Positions 29,438 to 39,106 of a DNA stretch of 64,000 nucleotides are shown here, one piece after another. Every line of letters starts with the position of its first letter. Within the stretch, counting starts at the first letter, position 1. Source of the stretch: Eledone cirrhosa. Lineage: Eukaryota. The stretch covers positions 62,001-126,000 of the forward strand of contig CAXHJY010001768.1 of the NCBI GenBank assembly GCA_964016885.1. The letters run 5' to 3'. The position numbers and the translations under genes were made by a program. The notes under the pieces were generated by a model. It worked only from the letters and a program-made list of their open reading frames with translations, made no database searches and was not told the DNA's origin.

Positions 29438-29637
29438 ATAAATTAATAAAAACAATGAAATAAAAACAAAGAACAAGTTCGTTATATTAAAAAATTCATC
29501 ATTTTACGATTGTTTCTAGGATGTATATGTGTGTTGGTATACACACATATACATCCTAGAAACGATCATAAAATGATGAATTTTTTAATATAAAGAACTT
29601 GTTCTTTGTTTTTATTTCATTGTTTTTATTAATTTAT
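29438..29637. repeat. Near-perfect ~97-bp-arm hairpin (fold-back element)
   Basis: Arms 29438-29534 and 29541-29637, loop TGGTAT; arms carry GAAACGATCATA / GAAACAATCGTA. Confidence 0.9.
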
Positions 29638-29666
29638 ATATATATATATAATCATCTATATATATA

Positions 29667-32406
29667 CAGGGTGTGGACGATATTTGTTCGCAATTTTCAA
29701 CTGCTAATTTTATGCAATTTTTTTTTACTTCCGTTGTCACTCTTGTCTTCATAAAAACAGTGACTATATTTCCATTATTTATTTTCAGAATAATTGATTA
29801 TGAATAATTTTGAACCTCCAAATTTGTGGAAGAGACACGGAGTTCTTCTTGGAATCCGCGCCAGGAGGACAAATAAGGAAATTTCAGAAACTCCCAGAAC
29901 AACAGGTGGCTCGCTGTCTCATCCAAAGACGTGCCCAGGGTCATGCAAACAAAGTTTCCAGCGACAACATTGGTCTTAGGTGTCGTCAGCAGTCAAAGTG
30001 ACGTCATGCCACCTCACTTCTTCCCTGTGGGCCTCAAGCTGAACACCAATGGCTACATCCGTGTTCTGAGTGAGGTAGTAAAGCCCTGGATCGACCAAGT
30101 AGCTGCAGGTAGGCCGTACGTGTGGCAGCAAGACTCAGCGCCCTGCCATACCAGCCGAAAGACCTAAGCCTGGCTGTCAGAGAACTTCATCAACCACACT
30201 TCACCTGACATCTGGCCTCCCAGCTCGCGTGACTGCAACCCCCTTGACTTCTTTGTGTGGGGCGCAGTGGAACGAGACACCAACAGATCTAGCTGCAATA
30301 CGAAAGACAATCTGAAGGCCAGGATCACAAGTGCATTAGGGGCCTAAGTCGGGCGACAGTGATGAAGGCCTGTAGCCGGTTCCGAGGCCGCCTTGAGGCC
30401 ATCATCAAAGCCAATGGCGGGTTTATCGAGTGAGATCGAAAGAACAAGTCATCATAATCATCATCATCATCACCGTTTTACGTCCGTTCTTCCACGCTAG
30501 CATGGGTTAGACGGGTTGTCCTGTTGTGGGCAGTGTCTGGTCGGCTGACCATGCCTTGCTCATACAGGAACTGATCTGGCTTGATTTCTACAGCTGGATG
30601 CCCTTCCTAACACCAACCTCATTTACAGTGAGTGCTGGGTGCTTTTTCGTGGCGCCTACACGTCCACTTTACAGTGTGGGCTGGGTGCTTTTTTGCCGTG
30701 GCACCTCCACGACCACCTTGCGGTGGGGGGGGGGGGGGGCATATTGTTTATATGCTTCAGCATGTACCCATGGGAGGTCGGGTACCCTGTATTACTGCGT
30801 GACGCCAGAAGTCACGGTCGTGTGTCATTGACTTTGAGAGGTGTAGTTGGGTAAGGTCGGCTTTTATCACCTCATCCCAAGTCATCTTGGGTCTCCCCAC
30901 TCCGCGGTTTCCATCAACTTCTAGTGCTCTGCACCTTTTTATGCAGCTGTCATCCTTCATACGCATCACATGTCCATACCAGCGTAACCGCCTCTCCTGC
31001 ACGCAGCATTTGATTCCTCTTATGCTCAGTCTCTCTCTCAATTCATTTATGCTTTGTCGTTCACGTATATTACTGTTACACATCCATCGGAGCATGCAGG
31101 CTTCGTTTCTCTCTAATCTACGTAAGTCTTCCACCTTCAGCGCCCAGGTCTCACTACCATGCAACATCGCTGTTCGGATACACGCATCATACAGTCTGCC
31201 TTTCATTCTGAGGGAGAAGCCTTTTGCAGCTAGCAGTGGTAGTAGTTCCCTAAACTTCTTCCATCCCGTTCTTACCCTAGTTATTGTACTTTCTGAGCAC
31301 CCACCTCCGTTGCTAATTCGGTCACCTAGGTAGCAGAAGCTGTCTACTGTTTCTACAGGGCCCTCCCAGAGATTGGTGGTACTTGTTTCCTGTGGCTGTT
31401 TGCTTGCTGTTTCAGCACAGCTGCTGCATGTGAATCCTACATTCTTAATTAAGCTTCCTGAGATCCCGCTACATCTCTTGTGTACCCATTGTTTGCATTT
31501 GGGGCAAAGAATGGAGTTCCTACCTACACCTTTCCTACATACTGAGCAAGGCCATTTCCCTGAGGGGATCTGGGTTCTGTTTTCTCGTCTACTTATAAGG
31601 ACCTTAGTCTTTGTCATGTTGACTTTGAGGCCCTTTCTCTCTAGTCCCTGCTTCCAGGTTTGGAATTTATTCTCTAGTTCTACCATAGATTCAGCTATGA
31701 GTGCGAGGTCATCAGCATACAGGAGTTCCCATGGGCATCCGGTCTTAAACTCCTCCGCTATTGCCTGCAGGACTATGATGAACAGGAGAGGGCTAAGAAC
31801 AGAGCCCTGGTGGACCCCAACCTGTACGCTAAATTCCTCGCTATACTCATTGCCAATCCTAACTTTGCTGACTGCTCCCCTATACATGGCTTGTACCGCT
31901 TTCACAAGCCATTCATCTACTCCTAGTTTTCTAAGAGCCCACCAGATTACTGCACGTGGAACTCTGTCAAAGGCTTTCTCAAGGTCGACAAATGCCAAGT
32001 AGAGTGGCTTACTTTTAGCTAGGTACTTTTCCTGTAATTGCCTCACAAGGAAGAGCGCATCAGTGGTGCCTTTCCCTGGTACAAACCCAAATTGCATCTC
32101 GTCTATATTCACCCGGTCCCTAATCAGCTGTGCTATAACTCTTTCTGTTACTTTCATGACCTGGTCCATCAACTTTATACCTCTATAGTTTCCTCTATCT
32201 AGTGCATCGCCTTTACCTTTGTAGCAGTTGACAATGATGCTACTGCACCAATCTTTTGGTATGGCCCCCTCTAGTATTACCTGGTTAACAATACGTGTCA
32301 TGAAGACAAACTGACCCAAGTTTGATAAATATATCTTAAAAAATAAAACTACTGTGTTATTTTTTCCTAGCAAGTAATCTTGCGAACAAATATCGTCCGC
32401 ACCCTG
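29667..32406 (+). mobile_element. Tc1/mariner superfamily, DD37D (maT-like) transposon; internally deleted and disrupted by an RTE insertion
   Basis: 27-bp TIRs CAGGGTG(T/C)GGACGATATTTGTTCGCAA with TA TSD. Transposase remnant 29931-30433 reads WQQDSAPCH...WPPSSRDCNPLDF, with 37 residues between the last two Asp. In-frame stop at 30165; the first catalytic Asp region is deleted. Confidence 0.9.
30449..32299 (-). mobile_element. 5'-truncated young RTE copy (RT + PHD-like finger + C-terminus, reading frame open)
   Basis: YADD motif; almost identical to 39103-40960; (ATC)n tail; GTCAT present at both junctions. Confidence 0.97.
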
Positions 32407-33239
32407 TATATTACTCTTTTACCTGTTTCAGCCATTCGGCTGAGGCCATGCTGGGGCATATATATATATATAATCATCATCATCGTTTAACATCCATTTT
32501 CCACACTAGCATGGGTTAGACAGGTTGTCTCATTTGAGGCAAGTTAGGTCTAATGACTGTGTCTTACTCATAAAGAAATGTTTCTAGCTAGGTTTCTACA
32601 GCTGGATGCCCTTCCCAATGCCAAGCATATATCTACACACCTAGTGGCTGAAAAATTACACGTGTTTTTTCCATTCCTTCCTCTTCTCACTCTCTATCTT
32701 TCTATTTCATCTTTTATTTTTCATTCTATCTCCTTATGAAGGATTAGTGTCCGAAACGTTAAGACATTTTTCTTATTATTTCAAACATTAAACTATTATA
32801 TTTCTTCATTGTACTGTGTCATTTGCTTTGTTATTTCTGTTGACATGGAAAATGGAAAAACTAGCAATGTGGCCTATCTACTGAACCTATTAAAGCTCAA
32901 TTTAAAATACATGATACTCTGTAAGTACTCTATGTAATATAGAGATGGCAGTGTGACTTATTCCAAGAGGAGTGGTTATCATCTCAGTCACATGTAAAAC
33001 ATTTTATATAATTATATAATAAAGTCTGTTATTGTATACATAACAACTGGAAGTGCATAAAATCCTTGCTAGCAGGGCAAGCAGACATTAAAATGACAAT
33101 GATGATGATGATGATATATATATATATATATTTGCTCTACGGTTCTTATATATTTGATATATATTTATCCTTATCGAGCCCTCTTTAGATTTTAGTCTTC
33201 ACATTTATTATTATTACTATATATATATATATATATATC

Positions 33240-33920
33240 AAAGGTGATGACCTCTGGCGTCATGCAGTAATACAGAAGACCCAACCCCCCACGGGTACAA
33301 GCCGAAGCTGAAGCATATAGACAATATGCCTCCACCCCCTCCCACTGCAAAGTGGTCGTGGAAGTGCTACGGCAAAAAAGCACCCAGCCCACACTGTAAA
33401 GTGGACGTGTAGGCGCCACAGAAAAAAACTCCCAGCACTCACTGTAAATGAGGTTGGTGTTAGGAAGGGCATCCAGCTGTAGAAATCAAGCCAGAATCTG
33501 TTCCCGTATGAGCAAGACAAGGTCAGCCGACTGGACACTGCCGTTTTACGTCTGTTCTTCCATACTAGCATGGGTTAGACGGGTTGTCCTGTTGTGGGCA
33601 GTGTCCGGTCGGCTGACCTTGTCTTGCTCATACAGGAACTGATTCTGGCTTGATTTCTACAGCTGGATGCCCTTCCTAACACCAACCTCATTTACAGTGA
33701 GTGCTGGGTACTTTTTTGTCGTGGCACCTCCATGACCACTTTGCAGTGGAATGATATGGACCCCAGTCCCTATCATCTCATTTCTACAGCAGACTAAACT
33801 GGAGCAATGCGAAATAAAGTGTCTTGCTCAAAGAAACAACACATCACCCGGTCTGAGAATTGAACTCACAACCTTTCTATTGCAAGCCCAATGCTCTAAC
33901 CACTAAGCCATGTCCCTTCA
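33240..33920. mobile_element. Tail-to-tail pair: RTE 3' fragment (+, 33240-33542) and tRNA-head/RTE-tail SINE (-, 33541-33920)
   Basis: Homology to the RTE 3' UTR on opposite strands; tRNA-like head at ~33850-33915 on the minus strand. Confidence 0.8.
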
Positions 33921-33923
33921 TAA

Positions 33924-34873
33924 TCTATATATATAAAACTGTGGTTGTCTGTCTGTCTATCGATTTTTGGCACACATCTCCTCTTAGAATCTCTCACGGA
34001 ATTGCACCGAAATTGCTATACTTGTACATTGAGCCCTAGCGAAGACATCGGAAAAAAAAAAATTTCAAATTGACCCACCCTATGTGACGAAATCGAATAT
34101 AATGTATCGATTTTTGAGCGTAAGTTATCAGTTATTTCCCTTTGTTCTGTTTACATTGAGCGTCTTACGTAAAAAATTACGCTGGCTTTAACAGTTGTCG
34201 AGCCAGCAAAATATTGACCTGCAAAATTCATCAGTTCGAACACTAAGCTTCCGTTTTGCTTCATTTCCATTTAAAAGCATTTTAAAACAATATTTTTACT
34301 TGAAAACAAGTCTATTTAAAGACTACGTAAAACAAGCAAATATTTCGTCGTTAGGCGTGCAGACAGACAGTCGTGCAGAGAGGTGATATACGCGTGCAGA
34401 CACAGTCGTGCAGACAGACAGTCGTGCAGAGAGGTGATATAGGCGTGCAGACAGACAGTCGTGCAGAGAGGTGATATAGGCGTGCAGACAGACAGTCGTG
34501 CAGAGAGGTGATATAGGCGTGCAGACAGACAGTCGTGCAGAGAGGTGATATAGGCGTGCAGACAGACATAACTGATAATTTGGTTACGCTAATGTTTTTC
34601 TCTGCGTTGCAGTGTTTACATTTTCGATCTTTGTTAATAAATAACCAGTGCAGTTTCTATCCCCAGCATCCTCTTTTGTTATAACATTCGGGTTATCGTT
34701 ATGTTTTCTTAACTTCATAAGGCATATTGTTGGTTGAGGGAATATTAATCAAAAACACCACATGCAAGTCTGCACAGTAGACACTACAGTTTTTAAGCCA
34801 AGAAAGAAACTTAACATTGTAACTTTAACACAGCTACTGAGCGACCCCGAGCAACGCCGGGCTTTACTGCTAG
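33924..34873 (+). mobile_element. Non-autonomous Helitron containing a 37-bp minisatellite (34352-34568)
   Basis: A|TCTATATATATAAAA start followed by (GTCT)n; 3' hairpin CCCGAGCAACGCCGGG then CTAG|T; no TSD. Confidence 0.8.
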
Positions 34874-34909
34874 TTATATATATAATATCTATCCGCCGCC
34901 GCCGCCACC

Positions 34910-35220
34910 GCCATCATCATTTTACGTCCGCTTTTCCCTGCTTGCAAGGGTGGGACGGGAACTGATTCTGGCTTGATTTCTACAGCTGGATGCCCTTCCT
35001 AACACCAACCTCATTTACAGTGAGTGCTGGGTGCTTTTTTGCCGTGACAACTCCACAACCACTTTGAAGTAGAATGATAGGGAACCCAGTCCTCTCACCT
35101 CATTTCTACAGCTGAGTAAACTGGAGCAATGTGAAATAAAGTGTTTTGCTCAAGGAAACAACATATCACCCGGCCTGAGAATTGAACTCACAACCTTTCG
35201 ATTGCAAGGCCAATGCTCAT
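34910..35220 (-). mobile_element. tRNA-head/RTE-tail SINE (family S2)
   Basis: Reverse complement of most of 38488-38878. Confidence 0.8.
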
Positions 35221-35517
35221 ATATTGCACATAATTACAAAATTTGTCATGACTATACATAACATCTTAATGAAAAGAAATCGCTAAAAAAATCTCATTCA
35301 GAGAAGAAAAAAACATATATAGAACATCTTACACAACATCACTGTATAATAAAGTAATCTCAAAAGAAGACTTCACAAACATCTTTCTTAGCTAAAAGAC
35401 TTCTCTAAAGCTAGAAGACTTCTCTAAGTTCCCTTACTGCAGTTACCAAGTTGAATAACATCACTGACTATCTCAATAGATTGAGACGGGCATTGTTGAC
35501 AGAACTTTACATATAAG

Positions 35518-35846
35518 GTCTTAGTGGTGAGAGCATTGGGCTTGCAATCATGAGGTTGTGAGTTTGATTCCCAAACCAGGTGATATGTTGTGTCTTTAAG
35601 CAAGACACTTTATTTCATATTGCTCCACTTTACTCAGCTGTAGAAATGAGTTGCGACATCACTGGTGCCAAGCTGTATCAGCCATTGCCTTTCCCTTGGA
35701 CAACATTGGTGGTGTGGAGAGTGGAGACTGGTATGTATGGGTGACTGTTGATCTTCCACAAACAACCTTTCCCAGACTTGTACCTTAGAGGATAACTTTC
35801 TAGGTGTAAAACCCAGGGTCATTCATGACCAAAGGCGGTCTTTACC

Positions 35847-35850
<4 letters not shown>
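35518..35850 (+). mobile_element. tRNA-derived SINE with an S2-like head and a different tail
   Basis: CTTAGTGG A box, GAGTTTGATTCC B box; central domain shared with S2; ends CTTTACCCTTT. Confidence 0.7.
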
Positions 35851-35894
<44 letters not shown>

Positions 35895-35906
35895 GACGTT
35901 AAACGG

Positions 35907-35937
<31 letters not shown>

Positions 35938-35961
35938 ATATATATATATATATATATATAC

Positions 35962-36450
35962 AGCTTGAGATCAGTGTGGAAGTCGGACCAACGTAAAGAC
36001 TTGAAAATCCGCCTCTTCATTGCTGTAGTGGAGTCTGTGCTGCTGTACAGGTCTGAGACTTTAACACTGACCAAGAAACTCACTCAGATGGTGGATGGGT
36101 GCTACACGAGAATGCTGAGGATTACTTTGAACATTAATCAGTATACACTGAGGATGAAAAACTCAGAGCTGTATGGGAGCCTCCCAAAAGTCAACTCAAA
36201 AGTGACACAGAGGAGACTGAGGTTAGCTGGACATGCTCAGCGACATCCAGAGTTGATATTGCACTTAGTGCTCCTGTGGGAGGCCCTACATGGACACACT
36301 GGAAGAGGAAGACCAAGATTAACATATGTTGATGCCCTAAGGACAGACACTGGTCTGTTAGAGACATAGGACATGGCAGCGATAATGAGGGACAGAGACT
36401 GCTGGAGGGAACTCGTTCATGGATCTCGGGAATTTTACCCGTCCTAGAAA
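35962..36450 (+). mobile_element. 3' fragment of another RTE-like LINE family
   Basis: ORF LKIRLFIAVVESVLLYRSET...RRLRLAGH...GRGRPRLTYVD, typical of a post-RT C-terminus; embedded in (TA)n. Confidence 0.8.
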
Positions 36451-36467
36451 TATATATATATATATAT

Positions 36468-37060
36468 TTTAGGTATCTAGTCTTTAATGTGAAGAAATAC
36501 CAATGATAATCAGCAGACTACTGATGATGGACAGTCCTGTTTCTCGGTCTATTTTCATTCATATGTTCACATTCACAACAATCCAGCACGCCATTTTTCA
36601 TTCACATATATTTTTTCCCCTCGCTGTGGTTCGTATTTTTTCTGTCACCTTACTGCTATCCCCTTTTTCTCTCCCCCTTCTCTCTCCTTGTACCTCTTGC
36701 TTTCATTCACCCCTCTGCTGGTCACACACTCTCTCGGCTGGCCTCTTCTTCACACTTTCACTCACTCACTCTCTGCTACTCCCCTTCTCTCACTTCCTCC
36801 CGTCTGGCCTGTGTGAAATTCTTTTCTCTCTCACTTTTCGCCCACAAGATTCATTGACTTGTCTCTCTTTTCCTCTCTTTATGTTGCATTACTACCATGT
36901 TGTTTGTTTACTTTTTCCTTTTCGCTCTGTCTCGATAACTTAATTTAGTTATCGGTCGCACTGATTTTAGGTATCTAGTCTTTAATGCGAAGAAATACCA
37001 ATGATAATCAGCAGACTACTGATGATGGGCAGTCCTGTTTCTCAGTCTATTTTCATTCAT
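36468..37060. repeat. Element bounded by ~95-bp direct repeats
   Basis: 36468-36563 and 36966-37060 differ at about 3 positions; pyrimidine-rich ~400-bp interior. Confidence 0.8.
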
Positions 37061-37519
37061 ATATATATATATATATATATATATACACTAGTGAACCCAT
37101 GCTGTCAATAGTGACTGCAATAACATTGAACATATTTAATATTTGGAAGACCAGGACTGGTATACCATATATACCAGGATTACTGAATATGTGAACAAGC
37201 ATACAAACTGAGAAATTTACATTTTCATATATTAATGGTTTGCATAAGAGAAATCCTATAGTTACTGATATGTGGAAGAGATTAAAGAAAAGAATGAGTC
37301 TTAAATATCTTATTTCTAGAATTTTATAACATAAATGTTCAGCACATGTATACAAATAACATACAGGATTAAATGTAGGAGTAACGTCAGAGAAATAACT
37401 TATTTTGAGACAAATGTAGGGTTAGAACCGAGGACTTTGTGATTGGGAAGTGAACTACTTATTGTAGCAGCATGACTAAGTAGGAAATAAATTGTGTGCA
37501 AATTTTAAAGAGTTACAGG

Positions 37520-37562
<43 letters not shown>

Positions 37563-37853
37563 TACACATATATATATACACACACATACACATATATATA
37601 TACACACACATATACATATATATACATACACACACATATACATACACACACATATACATATATATACATACACACACATATACATACACATATACACCCA
37701 CACACATATACACACACACACGCATATATATATACATACACACATATATATATATACACACACGTATATATATATATATACACACACACACACATATATA
37801 CACACACACATATATATATACACACACACATACATACACACATATATATATAT

Positions 37854-37893
<40 letters not shown>

Positions 37894-38046
37894 TGATACT
37901 AATAAGACTTTGTTTTTTCATTTAGGTGTTTGACTTGTCATTTCTTGAACTATATATATATATAATTCTATGCCTGTGCTCCAAGTATGAATTTGTTGAG
38001 CAAATTGTAAACAACGAGATGGAAATCACTGGATATCGATCTAAAC

Positions 38047-38092
<46 letters not shown>

Positions 38093-38487
38093 CAGTCCAC
38101 AGTCCACGCTGTAATGTGGCCATGTAGGTAACACGGTAAAAACCTCCCAGTCCACACTGTAAACGTGGTTGGTGTTAGGAAGGGCATCCAGCCGTAGAAA
38201 ACCCGCCAGACAGTCCTATACAAGCGAGACAACCAATCTTGCCTCAAGTGGGAAAATTACCGTCCAAAACCATGCTAGCATGGAAGATGAACGTTAAACG
38301 ATGATGATGATGATGATGATGATTAAAAAATGAGGGGGTTTTTTTCCAAAAACAAGGAAAAAAGATGAAATCGAAAATGCAACTGGAGTCTTTTTAAGAA
38401 TATTTATTTGGTTCCTTTACCAGTTTCTTATGCTTTTCAAAAGTAGAATTGAGATGGAGGGTTTGTGGTTTTTCTATATATATATAT

Positions 38488-38878
38488 GGAGGCACATGGC
38501 TTAGTGGTTAGAGCATTGGCCTTGCAATCGAAAGGTTGTGAGTTCAATTCTCAGACCGGGTGATGTGTTGTTTCCTTGAGCAAGACACTTTATTTCACAT
38601 TGCTCCAGTTGACTCAGCTGTAGAAATGAGATGATAGGACTGGGGTCCCTATCATTCCACTGCAAAGTGGTCGTGGAGGTTCCACGGCAAAAAAGCACAC
38701 AGCCTACACTGTAAAGTGGACGTGTAGGCGCCATGGAAAAAAAGCACCCAGCACTCACTGTAAATGAGGTTGGTGCTAGGAAGGGCATCCAGCTGTAGAA
38801 ATCAAGCCAGAATCAGTTCCCGTCCCACCCTTGCAAGCAGGGAAAAGCGGACGTAAAATGATGATGATGATGATGATA
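38488..38878 (+). mobile_element. Full-length tRNA-head/RTE-tail SINE (family S2)
   Basis: A box TGGCTTAGTGG, B box GAGTTCAATTC; the 3' half matches the RTE 3' UTR; (GAT)n tail. Confidence 0.9.
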
Positions 38879-39062
38879 TATATATTAAAATAACAGATTA
38901 CAAATTTATTATTATTACTATATATATATATAGGAAAAAGTATGACCCCGACGGCCGAGCTCAAGTCAGGGTCATACTTTTTTCCTATTACCTACTCTAC
39001 TACCCAAAGTATTGAGTACTCTGGTGCGTTATGGTCCATCTGGTTCCTTACCACAATTCCTT

Positions 39063-39102
<40 letters not shown>

Positions 39103-39106
<4 letters not shown>

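Noticed and set aside
37476-37933. [16 protein letters not shown] ORFs here and at ~2.7-3.2, 7.6, 8.4-8.8, 44.4-45.4, 52.0-52.7, 56.4-56.8 and 59.7-60.1 kb
   Set aside because: Translations of (TA)n, (CA)n and (GA)n microsatellites.
38488-38560. Possible tRNA gene
   Set aside because: The tRNA-like head runs into SINE body and RTE tail, lacks a proper acceptor stem, and is multicopy.
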